The translations under genes were made by a program, and so were the position numbers. A stretch of 64,000 nt of DNA from Callorhinchus milii (taxonomy: Eukaryota), in contig NW_024704747.1 in the NCBI RefSeq assembly GCF_018977255.1, positions 25,606,001 to 25,670,000 of the forward strand, written 5' to 3'. Shown here one piece after another: positions 36,574 through 50,600 of the stretch (positions are counted from its first letter, which is position 1; each line of letters opens with the position of its first letter). The notes under the pieces were generated by a model. That model searched no databases, had not been told where the DNA came from, and saw only the letters and a list, made by a program, of their open reading frames with translations.

Positions 36574-38844
36574 AAACTGCAAAGGACATTTATTTGTTCC
36601 AAGCATACTCATTTCTGTCTATTGCTAAAAACATTGTAACTCAGGCCAGCTCAGCTTTCCAATGTTTCAGTGGGAAAACTCACCAACTAGTCCTGGATCA
36701 GAATCAAATAGACCAGGAAGATGGCGGGTTTAAACACTGGTCTAACTTGCATTTAACCCTTCATGGCCAGGGTGGGGAATTGGGGCAGTATAAATACATA
36801 GGACAGCTGCTCTTGAATTTGATCCAGTGACTCCTGGAAGCACTTGTACTGTATGGAAATGTCAGGTTCGGGCTGGTTCGGATGAGATGCTCCAGGGTTG
36901 GTTGGTCAATCGATATTAACGGTCTAGTTTCACACTTAGTGAACATTCAGGATAGTGCAATGAACCCAGAGAGAAATAAACTACGGAGAAACAAAATCAG
37001 AGGGAAAACTGCAGAAGAAAACATATGATTAAACTGATTGGGAAGAGACAGTCTTTTATTCTGAATTTGGGCTTGTTGAGGAGACCGTACGATGGAAATA
37101 TGAAGAATATTTTAGGATGATCTAGAAATTTTGAAAAATGTTTTATGGTTCTTTTATTGCCATTAATTTGCGATATATTATTTATTTATGAATGTAGGTT
37201 CCTGCCCTTTATAGAGTTCAAAGACGGAGATGGCTTTACTGGGGACAAGGGTGTATACAAATCAATCCATACATTAATTGCCACAATTTATTACACAAAT
37301 GAACAGGTGATTCAGCCTTTATTGGATATAAATTTAAATGGTACAAGGAGACCCGGGGTTTGAATCAATCACGAGAAAAGGTCCTGACTTGTTAGAAAGG
37401 GGACAAAGACTGGTCTTCGTAACCACATTAATCTGCAGATCAAACCATGTACGATTCTGTTACAAGTGGGCACTTCTCTGGGGAATCACGACAGGGATCA
37501 ATCTCAGCGTCGGGAGGTGACTTATGGTTCCTGAATACAAAGCCGGTCAAATGCCATAACCATCACCTCACAGTGATGGAACTCACCCAAACTGGCTGCT
37601 AAAATAGGCTTTATCCAACTCCTGTGCTCCGACGCTTGTGTGCATTCACAAAGCTGAATAAGGTTACTTTATGGGAGAAATGCAATACTTTTTTATCAAG
37701 AATAGGATCATAGTGCATTAGATGTTGATAATACTTTAGATTTATTTGTACATTCGCAACTCCATCTATTTTGAATTTCTTCTTCGGTAAGGTAAAATAT
37801 TTGACGTAGGCAGTAGAATTACAACACCGAATTAAAATAATTGGGTTTCTTTTATTTTAAAGGGAATTTATTCGGTGTTTTTGTGCGGCCTTACTTCAAT
37901 GTTGGACACCTTCAACTTGCTTTTGAATATATGTAATGATTTCACATGTAAGTTAACTTCTTTTTAAAAAATGTAATCCTGCAGACAATTTTTTTTCCAA
38001 TTAAATAACGGTGATTTATTCTTAAAAGAAACACAAACAAATACAGCCCAGCCTGCAACCCAAACCACACATACACGGTAGTTGTAGCCTGTATGATCTC
38101 TTGGGTGCAGAAATATAAGTATAATTTGTAGTAATAAAGGAGTTGCGGTATAGTATGGTAGATTTGATGAACACTCGCTGCAAATCTCTACTTTAGACTC
38201 ACATCTTTCAAATTGGATTCTGACCAAAATCGCAAATAATTAGGAATCAATCCAGGGCCATTAGTGAGGTGAATGAATGTACCAGGGTTGCATATTTCGA
38301 AAGAGCTGGTTTTAATGAGCTCACCTCCTGGGCCAAAAGGGAGGTAAATAGATTGGAGATAATGTAGGGATGAGACCAGCTGAACTGCGTGATTACTCAA
38401 CAACTACTGCTACAAGTAAAGATGCTGAACTTGTATGGCTCCCTAATTGATCTACTTGCCCCTTACCAAGAAATTGAAATCAACCTTATGTAGAAGATAG
38501 GTGTTATTGCTCACAATTGGTTCTTCTGATACCTGGAAAGCCTAGCTTTGCAAAGTTAGGGTTTTATTTCAGGGGACTGGGTGGTGTAGTGGGCCTTTCA
38601 CCCCAGTACACACAGATTTTCCTTCTCATAGGCAGCAGAGAAAACCAAATGCGTTTGGGCTCCACAACTCAAACCTGGCTCCTATTTATTATTGCAGAGA
38701 TTCATTCAATAACCTCTCTCAGCGAGTTCAAAAAGGAAGTGTACAAGTAGAGAATGGAAAATTACGAGACTTAGTGTTCCTCTGCTGTATTAGCTCTGCA
38801 CATTAAATCGATCAAATGGAATTCAAGTAAAGGCTTTAAACAGG

Positions 38845-38962
38845 TAATGCAGTGTTCCTCCAATACTGAACTGTCAGCTGAGACGATAAGCCCAAGTCCT
38901 GATGTGGGGCTTTAACCCCCAACCTATGACCCACAGGCACGACCAATTGAACCAGGTTGAGA
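38845..38962 (-). mobile_element. Deu-type SINE 5' head fragment
   Basis: caagtcctgatgtggggctttaacccccaacctatgacccacaggc matches 51927-51972. Confidence 0.6.
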
Positions 38963-41905
38963 CCAACTTTAATTACATTATTGACCCTTTTTTTTAGAAG
39001 AGCATTGTGTGACTTTCGGAGTTTTTCATGCGTGTGAAATGCATAGTGATTGTCTGAAGTACCTTTTTCATTGGTGATATACACAATATTTAGCGATGGA
39101 GTACATAGGAGACGTTTGAAACAAATCCAAATTGTTTCAACAATCATTAATATTCAACAATGTGAAAAAAAGTGACAATTCCCTAGATTAAATGCATGCT
39201 GGAGACCGACCCGTGGAACAAGCTACAAATGTGCCTCAATGGACCTAGAGGAAGACTGCAGGTTCAGCTCAAGTTGGCTCTAGCCTGTGCCAAATTTGAA
39301 TATCACATGTAAAAATTGAAACATCAATCTGTTAAGGAATTCCAAATTATTCTTCCCAAGCTTATTCGTAGAGAAATAGGAAAATCTTATTAATGAATGT
39401 AATGATATATTACTCATGGCATCGTGACTCTCTCAGGAGGTGGATGAGGTAGGAGGTGTCCTAATGTCAGTGGAACATTAGGCCTCCATTTGCTAATAGG
39501 TTTTGCCGAGAGGAGACAGAAGTGCGTAATGATAACTAATAAAGCATCTGAATTGTTAGAAATACAAGTTCCTTTTTCTTCAGTTGAAGGGTCGTAGGAA
39601 TTAAAATCTACAGCAGTGGATTATAAACAGAGCCTCTGTGATGGCTTGGCTGGTATTGACAGAATGTCTGGACTGAGAAACCAACTTTTAATATCAATGC
39701 GAAAGGGATTTCTGACCACAAACCTCTGCTAACGTGCTGAACTTTCAGTGGATTGAAAGTGAAAGTTAAATTGTTTTTATAGCCCGGATTAAACACAAGC
39801 AAGACCAGAAATCGCCATGGTGCAGGCCTTTGAACGAGGCTTGGAAAATGGGGAAATTATTAGAAATTGTGACGATGATTTAGATAATATTTAAGGAGCC
39901 AGAGTCACAGGACGAATTGCAGAGCACATGTTTCCACATCTGTGTTGCTGGATGGAAGTCTTCTTGGCCTGAAGGGAGTTGAGTCCAACAACATTTTAAA
40001 ACATCTTTACTGGCCTCCGACCTATACTTTGGAATATTTTCCTTTCAGCAGCTATCATGCTGTCAAGTGACATAAGGCTCATGTGTATAGCTGCTTGATT
40101 CAATTTGTTTGGGGCATTTTTTATACTTTTCCTTTGGGGGGAGACATTTTTCATTACTTTCCTCTCTCCAAACTCAGACCCTGACCCTCTGCCTGCATAA
40201 CTCACCCAAGTTGCCAACTTCAAGTGTGAGTGTAGGCGATCAATGTGTCTTCATTGACTGTGATGACTGTACAACACAGTTGATACGACTAAACCTGGAG
40301 TTGATATAAAGTTCTTGTGGTAAAGAAAGGAAATAAAGACTTAAATCAACTATCAAAGTCTGTTTGGCAATCACTGAACTGTATTTTACAGTTGATTCCT
40401 CTTTAGAGCAGATGGGAGTTTCTCATAACAGACTTTCATCCAGGATTACTCACAATAGTAAAACGGTGGCTTTTAGCAAGCATAGGACGTCAAATAAACA
40501 ATGACAACAAATTACACTTGTATAGTCCCAGGGGGCTCGAAATAAAATATAAAATTGGCATGAAGTGGGAGTGGTTCATCTGGACAGTGGTGCTTAGAAT
40601 AGGAAACTAGTCAATTTGTCAGCACTAATTCCCTTATATTAAATGGGCACAGGATTCACTAGCAAAACAATATTGTATCTTGGACAGTGCTATTTTAGTC
40701 AGATTTTTCAATTTTCAGATACCTGAAAGTGAATTGAGGCAATCGATTAAAGTCAGCAAACCATCATTGTTGTACACTCCAACGAAATAGCTTATTTTAT
40801 TCCCTAGAACAATTCCGAATATTCTTAAAAAAATTTTTTTGAACATGTCTAATCATTAATTGTGGCCGTCCTTTATAATTCTCTGAATTACATTGTTGTA
40901 ACATGCTCTGTGCATAGCTTCTGTCAATGTCACTCTGAAGTAGCTGTGATAAAAAGTGCAGAGGGACTCTCTCCCCTTCGTTTAACCAACTCGAGACTCT
41001 TGTCAGCCTGCGCCTGATACTTTCCAGCATTAGGTAATCAGGATGCTTCCCTCCAGGGAGAGTTCATTCCGATAATGGGAATTTCCATGTGGAGGTGGCA
41101 TGCACAGGAAGAACTCTGTTTGGTTTGGCTATTCTTAAGCATGGTGATGGGAATCTGCATGTGTCAGACACCCAGCCAACCAAAAAAATCATTTGCGAGA
41201 AGCGAGTTGCCCAGATTAGCTCACTGGGATCAGGAGCTCGGTATGTGAAGAATCGCATTGTTTCCGCAAAAGCCACTGTTGTAGACCGCAGTCCAGAATG
41301 TGGGACATCAGCTCACAGCACTCCCTGGTCATCCCCCCCCAGCACTGAGTACATTTAGCCTTAGAGGAACTCCAGGTTCCGACACAACATACATTTGTGT
41401 CAGAAACCACTGGCCACACATTGAGATTCACAGCATCGATTGGATTTACAGCTCCTGTAACAATGAAAGGAAATAAGAAAATAACAAACTCTCAATCAAG
41501 GAAGAAATACTGCCTTTAATTAAACAATAAAACACGTGTCATTGTTTCTCATTTGATGGTAATTCTGTCCAGAAAGCCTTCACCACATCCAATACTCTAC
41601 CACTGCAACGGTTCCATGGCCTATTTTTGTTTCTGTGGTTTTTAGGGGTTTATTTGCAAACATTTTGGAATATTTTATATCGAAACTCCATACTTATATC
41701 AATGGAGTTTGTNGGAAAGCCACATTACTGTTTAAAAAGCTGAATTATTGTGAATGAATTTTCCCCTGCCTCTACGTTTGTGTAAAAGTTAGCTAGTTAT
41801 GCTGCTAGTGATTTCTTTTACCATCAGCTTTGCCCATGTCATCTGAAAGAACAGAATGATTTTTTGCGGGACATGAGGCAGAATGCCTTTATTGACCTGT
41901 GCTAA

Positions 41906-42291
41906 TTTTCCCCGGTAACTGTCTCCTAAATTGGTTCCTTAGGGCTTTGAACATCTAGTGTACTCGTGGCTTCCCATTGTAAATTGCGGGTACAGAAAAC
42001 AGCAAGCTTTTGAAACAGGGCTGACTCCGCTTGGGATCAATACTTAATTCTAAGCAGCGCAATAGGCAACAGTTTCCATAGTAACATTGATGTCAAGGAG
42101 GTGGAACAGTGGACGTTACAACAAATCATTTCCTTTGAGCAATTGTAATTGACTATTTGTACGGTTTGCTGTCACCTGAGACTATTTACATCAGACCTTA
42201 AACTGAGCAGCATTAGTTATTCCAGGTCTCGGAGGCTTAGTTCTTCCTTCTGTGACCTTATAAACACTTCAGAGGGTATCACCATAGTAAC
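41906..42291. promoter_or_regulatory. Candidate enhancer with clustered RFX X-box-like motifs
   Basis: GTTTCCATAGTAAC (42072-42085), ATCACCATAGTAAC (42278-42291), TTTTCCCCGGTAAC (41906-41919); forkhead-like TAAACA at 42261. Confidence 0.4.
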
Positions 42292-43739
42292 AGGGGCTAT
42301 ATCAGAAGAGGCAATGTGAAAAGGACAGCTGCCTGTGACAGGCTCCCTTTAGGTGAAAGGAAACCCTACATATTGCTGCTTGACTGTGTTAAAAATGCAA
42401 TTTTTGATAGACCTGGCGATAATTTGGAAGCCTGAAATTACACACGGAAATGGTTTGGGTGATTCGCTGGTTGTTGGGACATTAATGCACCCATTTAACA
42501 TATCTTACATCCAGTTTACAAGGATCCACAATACGAGGGGAAAAAAAGGATTTGGGGGGATGATGCACAGCAAAGAGCTGAACTGTGGTATTTTGCTGAT
42601 TCTGTGTGCTTTTTTTAATCAAATACCTTTTAGAAATAACTTCTATTATCTGTTTTTTCTTTAGTGTGATGTAGAGAAATACAGAGAGCTGCTAGGTATC
42701 TCCAGGTTTATCCAACAATAAACGGAGCCTGATTAACGAGCCTCACAAATGGAATTTGGAAATAGCAGATCCTGCAGGTACCAGGTGTTGGAGTCTGACC
42801 CTCTGGAACGTTGCTCTGACACTGATCTCCTGCCCGACGTCAGGAACCATCTTTGGCCACAATCCAGCTTCATGGAAGTTGGAGCTGAGATTGGTGCTGG
42901 AGCAGAGTTCTGGGTTGCTCTCCAAAACACCTCTGGAACATCCTGGACTCAATAGATACAAACATTTCGCGTCTCTCACCAATTAGACTCCAACCTGCAT
43001 CACACAATAGCAGAAAGTGTGGCAGTGTCTCACCTCGGTTCTGCTGTGTTCGCTCTGACTGCAGGATTAGGCTAGCCACAGAACAGAACAGAAGTGACGA
43101 GTCATAACTCAGCCGCCACTTGCTGGACACCTTCTGATATCCTATCCAAGTGGTCATTGTTAATATTAATGTGTGAGCCTCGGCAGTTCGTTAGCTGTGG
43201 CACATCGCTTGACTGTAGAGGGCGTTACAGCCTCCTCTCCTCTCTCCCAACACGTGCGCGCTATTAGTAGAGAGTTCTGAAAAGGGATCAGATCTGATTT
43301 AGATCCAAAAACATACTCCCAGATATAGGCAGAGGCAAAGATTAATAACTTTATTCTAAAACAAAATGGTGGTGGGCATTTATTGGGTTGCAGTTTCCCA
43401 TTGTAAGTGAGAGCTGAAAAGACCTGTAAATCTATTGACAAGTGAAGAATTATAGCCAGACAACATACAATAGCAAGATTGGTTAAGTTACCAGTGGAGA
43501 ATCATTTTCATTTTCACAAATCATTTCCCCCAAATCGGGTCGACCCCATGTTATATAATAGGTTGAAGTGGTTTGACACAGCATTTCTGAGGCTAACTCT
43601 GTTTCAGTCCCAGTTAATGTATTCTAATCTGAAGCGGAGACAAAGTAAAATTTGTCAAAGTTTTATTTTTAACTCATTCAGTTCAGGTGTTTGCTGATCT
43701 CTACTATCTAACCCTGATTTATTTTTGTGGAGCTTGGTA

Positions 43740-44068
43740 AATAATAATAATAATAATACTCGCATTAGATTTAGGGCTTTTCACGTCTTCGAGATGTCTC
43801 AAAGCGCTTCACAGAATATTCTCTGAAGTGAATTGACTGCATATTTGTGGGCAAAACGCAGCAGCCAACTGCGCAAACCAGTGTCCCACAAAGAGTTGTG
43901 GATTGAGTGACCAAACTCTTATTGTTTTTTTTTTGTTTTTTTTTCTTGAGGGATTATTATCAGGCGTGTGAAGTAAGGAAACTTGTCCAAGGTTTCGACC
44001 TGCTGAGAATCGAACTCAGGTCTTTCGTTTGCGAGGCGAGTGCTCTAACCACTGAGCTACAGGACTCC
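43740..44068 (-). mobile_element. Full-length short-subfamily tRNA SINE
   Basis: Head ggagtcctgtagctcagtggttagagcactcgcc (A box) ...gagttcgattctc (B box); shared tail. Confidence 0.93.
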
Positions 44069-45167
44069 ACAGTCCTGTGATGGACAGTTCCACAATGATG
44101 GAAACTACACAGAGATGTGTTGTTGTAAACTTCTGGTTCTGATGTAACAACCTTAATGAAGTAAACATAACATGCAGGATTAAGTCTACTTGATCACGAT
44201 AAGGCCAATGTGCAGCATTTGATTACTGCCAAGCAGGATGTAGTAAAGGCACATGGAACAAAATAGATTAACCTGAGCAACAGAGGAGTTCACTGTCTCG
44301 GATGGTTTATGAGCAACTCAGATCACCTCTATACTGATAAACACCTACAGTAAGGCAGCAATTTACCAAAGGACCAAGGTAATAAATGAAGCTCAGAGCC
44401 TTTCAAGTGGTCACCCTTGATCACCCGCAGTAAACCGGCCCTGAACACGTTTCTTGTTTAAATCCGTTTTACAATAGTGTACACATTGTGTCAGAGCTGG
44501 TGAAACACTCTAATAGCAGGAAGGACACTGTTTTACACCACTCCATGATGCTCAATAATAGGTTTGTGGAAGAGCTGGAGACATCAAGAAACCAGACAAC
44601 ACTTACACCTCAGACAATTTAGTGCAATTCAACTTGAAAACAGATGATCAATAAAAGCAACAGTAACCTAATAAAAGGGAATTTTTCCGAGAGAACAGCT
44701 CACTGGGATTTATTGATGCTGCTGAAAGCCCAACAACTGACTGGAAGCTGCTTGAACACATTTGAACAGGCTTTTGCAAAATGAAGGCTGAGGAAAAGGA
44801 CAGGCTTTCATTCAGAGGCAAATTTGTAAAACTATAGCTGGGATCTGGACTACCCAAAGATTTATGTCATTTTGTAAAAAAAACCAAATCTGTATATCAA
44901 CAGGAGTTCTGTCCAGGCAGCCAAATAAGTACAGTTCATTCAGCTTCCAATAGGCATCTATTTCCGCTACGGTATACTTGAATATGAAAATAAATCTGTC
45001 AATTCCTCTGGCCTTTCAGAAACTGATTGATATACTTCTCCAGCACTAAGAGAATGATTCTCCTCCGCTTGTCAGCACCTTTACCAACCTTGGCAGAGAG
45101 AGCTCATTCCTTTCTGCTTCTTTGTAGAATCAACGGGCATTAAAATGTCCATTATAAGCACTATTCC

Positions 45168-45225
45168 AATGCAATTTACATTTGAATAGCGCCTTTCAGA
45201 TCAGTAGGACATCCCAAAGTGCTTA
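45168..45225 (-). mobile_element. L2 3' tail
   Basis: caatttacatttgaatagcgcctttcagatcagtaggacatcccaaagtgct. Confidence 0.75.
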
Positions 45226-47371
45226 AAAGTTGACAAATTTACCCACAAAATGGAATACTGCCCCAGGCAACAGCCAACTCAGCTTTTGAAACACCTCTGC
45301 AAAAATGTAGAACTTGAGTGAGTGGGTTGGGGGGAAGCTGGACAGAGTCTGAGGTGGAAACAGGCCGTGAGTGTAATGTGCACTCAGAGGGTGAAATATA
45401 TATTTACTGTTAGTTCACCACAGAACAGAGCCACTCCCCATCCTAACTACATCACCATGGACTTGGAAACACAATCAAGAACAACAACAAAATTACATTT
45501 CAACCTCTCAGACAGCATCAGGCTTAAATTCCTTCACTGCATTGAGGGAAAATTGTACCTTTTATGCAATGTTGATAGTGGCGAGTGTCTGAATAGGGAT
45601 TGCACATTTCTCTCTTGAGTGTGCTCTCATCCATTGATCCAAGGGGATAGGTGTCGTTTCTGATTCCTACCTTGAAAACAAAACCTAGCAACAGTCCGAC
45701 AGACTGACAGAGAGAAGTTAACCAAGGTCACCAGTGTTATATCAAGGACACATCTGTAAAATGACATTTGAAAGTGACAAGTGGAGCCAGTCTGAATTCC
45801 CATCATTTGGAACACACTGGGGCAGAGTAGAGGTTAGGAACAGAAGACAGGAACGCAGTGTGAGATTCAGAACTTTCTGCTCAAATGTCAATGTTTGTTA
45901 TGTTGATCTGCAAAGGAAAAGATGATCTTTTTGACAAAGGGCTGCAGTGTGTCCTATTCCACAATACTTCATTCTCCTTTTTTGGTCTGGCTCTAAGGTT
46001 GGCGTTCGCAGAAGCCTTTGACTGTGCTGCAAAAACTGAACCATCGCCAACGCACACAAGCTTGACAAAAGCTCCTCATACATTCTTTTGAAAAAAAATG
46101 TATTGAGAATAATGTGCTGCCTCTAGTCATTTTGGCAGGAGGCAGCCTATAACTCTGGTACCAAAAAAGACAGCAGCATTTGTGTTTTTACAGAACTAAG
46201 TGGAAGCCTTTATCTCCATTACAGCTTATGGAGACAGCCCCTTGCAATATTGCAATACTCAGCCTTCCATCTTCAGAGCACAGTATGCCAATGATGACAC
46301 CACAGATTTAGACACTCGACTGCTGTGAGGGGACTTTGCAAAAGAATTACATTGTGGAGAAACCCTGCCCACACAAAGCTTTTTTTAATATTCAAAGCCA
46401 CCTGGAAGTGGTTAAAGATATGGCCTGGCCGGCGGATTCGCTTTGTGCAATCAGGTGTTAGTGCAAATGGTCTTTATTTACAGCAATTAAACCTGCAGCA
46501 TTCCCTTCTCCAGGCACGCAATTATGGAGCCTCTGCTGTATTCTCTAATTGCTCTTGTTGAGTAGGTTGGTGGGTTGCCAATGATCCGATAGGGTAGAGG
46601 ATTATCATTTTTTACTCTGCTGCCTCAAAAAAAGATCATTTGTAACATCCCTTGTGTAATTAACAAAGACTCATGATTAATTGTCCTGCAAAATTTGCCT
46701 CTCTGTTGCTTTTATTTCCCAGCTAAAAGTATTAATTAATGCTAACGCCTTTTGTTTCCAGCACCCTGCTGCTCCAAGTTCCAGGGAGTGTTTACTACAT
46801 TGTGTTCATTGCATTCCAGCAATGGCCCAGGGAAAACAAAATCTTTGCCTTTATTGAAATATCTATTGCTCTAATGATGTAATACTTTGGTATATATTGT
46901 GTACAAAAGGTATCTCTGGGAAGCAAGATGCTGCACATGGAGCAAAGAATGCTTGCTATATGTTGCCTATCTGCACGTTATTGTATTCAGGGGATTATAT
47001 TCACAGCTCTTGCAAATACAAGTGCTATACAAATACAAGTTGTTGTTGTTGACTGATCTGGGCCACCTCCAGACCATTGATATATATCCGAAGCTACTCT
47101 CAGGCCATTTCAAGAAAAGGTGAACATTTTGCTTTAAAATTAAATGATTGTGCCCATGTTCAAAATATGTTGGTGCATCAGAACTCTTTTTGCCTGTGGC
47201 AGAAGAAAACATTGTTGGACGCAGAGCACTAGACTTCCCTGGATTGATGCCTTATTTTTTTCTCCTCACTGACAGATACTCAGAAACCTACCCTTTTTCT
47301 ATCTTCTAGATTAGACGCAAACTCTTCCACAGACCACCAGAGATTGTGCATACAGTATTGCACCGTTACGT

Positions 47372-47674
47372 GGAGTCCTGTAGCTCAGTGGTTAGAGCAC
47401 TCATCTTGCAAGTGAGACACCTGGGTTCAATTCCAAGCGAAACCTTGGGCAAGTTTCCTTACGCCACACACCTAATAATAATCCCTCCAAAAACAAAAAT
47501 AAATTGGTCATTTTCAATCCATGACTGTTTGTGGGACACTGCTGTGCGCAATTGGCTGCCGCGTTTCGCCCACAAATAAATGGTCAATTCACTTTACAGC
47601 ATATTCTGTGAAGCGTTTTGAGACGTCGAGAAGCCGTGAAAAGCGCTATATCAAATGCAAGGATTATTATTATT
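47372..47674 (+). mobile_element. Full-length short-subfamily tRNA SINE
   Basis: ggagtcctgtagctcagtggttagagcac...gggttcaattcc...ccttgggcaagtttcctta...aaatgcaagg(att)n. Confidence 0.93.
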
Positions 47675-50600
47675 AAATGATCTGGGAGCAGACTCATACT
47701 CAACCATTAACTAAACCTACAATTGTATCGATCCATTAAACTATCAAGGGTCAGCTATCCTGTCCTACTATAGCACCAAGGATCAGACTCCTGTATACAC
47801 AAAGTATTACTGTACTTGCGTATTTCAGAGAGGAATGCCCCCCCTTAAGTTCAAATATCTTTGACCTTAAATATAGTCCATGGTCACTCAACATCAACTC
47901 GCTTGCCCTTCTTCCCACCCCATGGTTTCAAGCAGTTTACATCCTTATTTTCATGGGTTTTCTGTAATGACAGCATTTCACTTTTGGTATTTTGATGACT
48001 GGTTCTCCAGATTATGTGTTGAGACAGTACAGGGAGTCTATTCACTGTTCAGAAGGCAAGGCTGAGGGGATCTGTCAGCAGCAGATTCTGAAAACTATTC
48101 ATTCATATTTGCTGACAGAAAATGTTTGCAAGGTGTCAACAAATCATGGAAAGACGTTCGCTGAGGCAGACGGTGATTGTTGACTTTTCTGGCCTCATGG
48201 TTACACCAGATGTTGGCAAATTCCAGAACCTATTCATCCCGTTCCTGACACGAAAATTGTGAACAAAACATCAGCTACATGTAATGGGTGGAAAATGAAA
48301 TGATTCAATTTCACTGCTTACATTGAAAATGGGCAACAAATATATTTGCGTCATATGCATAATCCATGTGAAAATGGTTGCGAATTATCATTTAAAATAT
48401 TGCTTTGGTTTTAAAAATACGATTAGTGCAGTTTCTTTAAACCAATACTATGGGTGGGATATTCTGTGTAAAACTGAATTATTATAAAAATCAAGGTTTA
48501 TTTTATTTCGAATACACTCCTTTAAAATTTCCCTTAAAAGTCAGTGACGCTTTGAAAAAGCATCCGTTTAAGATTTTTAAGGGCTTTGTTAAGAGTCATC
48601 AAAGAGGGACTGTTGAAAAGTATCGTAGCTGTGAAGATCATTTACCGAGGTTTTATTTTGTAAGGCCGTGTTTGACTTGACATTGGTGTGATCCTGGGTG
48701 ATCCTGAATCTCTGTGTAGAGGTGGTGCACTGCGGAATGCCAATCAGCTGGGAGCAAACAACGTCCATCCTCTCTGCTACGTACTCTTTGTGAACTTCTC
48801 AACAGCACTTTGAATATGTTGCAGTGTTGCAAACCCCAAGGCAAATGTTTAAGTATTTCAAATGTTTAAGTTTTGCAGTGCAGCTAATACATTTGAAAAT
48901 ATGCATATATTACATATCAGTAATAGCAGGAAGTCTGAAGGATTAGCTTCAAGTGATATGCCTGTTCATTTTTATTATAATGTATCCTTATCTTTCCAGA
49001 GGGTAAAGCGCTTTTAAATGATAATCTCGTAATGTTACAATAGGCTTTACTCATGTATCACAGTGTGCACTCCACTGTGTATTTATATGCAGTTGTTCGG
49101 TTTTCAATCTCTGACTTTATGTTCCAAAAATGTATAGTGCAATATCTGATGTGTTGTGGAGAACATAATAAAATTTCCTGTAATATCATAGTGTGGTTAT
49201 TATAGCACCATTAGTGTAAATTATGGGCAGGACCTTATAAACGTAATATAAGGGCTAAATGTATTTAGTGGCATGATATGTGGTGGTATGAAAAAATAGT
49301 GAGCTATTATCCCCAGCGCAGGATGTTAATGTGATTCTACCAGGAGCGTGTGGGGGGTGAGGGTGGGGGGGAAGAGAGCAGACCCATAGATAGATGAACT
49401 AATGATATGTTCTGCAATGCTATTTTACCATTTTGAATGACATATGGACATCAGTCTGATGCTGAACTCATTCATCCTTGGAGGAGGCATGAGAGACTGT
49501 ATTATATATACCATCTTTTTTTGCAGCCAGCAAATATCAATCTGAAGCACTCTATGGATCTTGTATAGTATGGGTTACGAGGAAATTGTAAGCTGTTTTT
49601 GAAGGACATTTAACTGCTTGTTATGGAGGGGTAAATGGTCTGTCACTTAATAGTTGTCCGTGTAGTTATTCATCCTCTCCTGTAATTCAGCTTGATGCAG
49701 TATTACCAACGGGATCTTTAAAGTGTTCCAAAATGTTCTGCAGTATTTAAACATGGTCTACACTACTTGTATGATAAACACCAATGTCCACTGATCACTG
49801 ACTCATCCATAGAATTCCAAATGTAATGAATGTGCTTCCGATGGGTTGTGCAAGATGAATTCTTGTATCACTTTTAGGGCTGTCGCTAACAAGTGCAGAA
49901 TCAGCTGAATCCATTGCATTACCTTTACTGTGTATAGGTTGTAATTATCTCCTTTGATAGACCAGACCTTAAGTCTAATACAATTGCTTGGTTGACACAC
50001 GTTCTTTATTGCTGTGCTGCCATCGTCAGTTTCATCACTTACTTTATCAACATAATTAAGTCCTAACCTACAAAGGAAAATCCTAAGGATTTGTATGGCA
50101 ACATAGTTTTGAATATGTTTGCGGGAAGTTTTCACAAGAAAAAGCAATTATGACAAATGATGCCTCAGTATCAGTTTTGGCTTTCAGCTGTAGAAAAGTA
50201 AATGAAATGTTCTCTTTTCAAAATGTTTGCAGCAAATCAAAATTCAGGAATTTCAACTCTGCGATGATACTGAGCTCCCAGCTGGAAGTTACCATGACAT
50301 CAAATGTCAATCAGTTGGAAAGCTGACATGAATCTGGCCACATGAAATGGGATTAAGGGGAGTCTATGGACTGACAAAATGCCCATCAACACAGCGGCTG
50401 CTGATAGCAAAGGATTTGACGCTGTTATTCTGTATTTCCAATGGTTCCATGTATACTGTCAGATGTAGATGGTCCCCTGGAAATCAGTCCACCTTCCTGC
50501 TGTTGTGCAGTTTGGGCTTTGAACACTCAGAGAACGACCTTTCTGAAATGTCATGGACTTTTTAATGAGCTTTAAAAGTGCTGTACAGTCCCCTGTTTTC

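Noticed and set aside
42690-43160. Stack of overlapping ORFs on both strands
   Set aside because: No recognisable domain or convincing splice pair; explained by locally higher GC.
44575-44840. GDIKKPDN and DWKLLEHI*...LSFRGK resemble L1/Tx1 ORF2 motifs
   Set aside because: In real elements these motifs are hundreds of residues apart, and nothing else supports the match.
47372-47445. tRNA-like sequences with A and B boxes (also at 24730, 44068, 52003, 52619, 57720)
   Set aside because: Each continues into a SINE body and tail; SINE heads, not tRNA genes.
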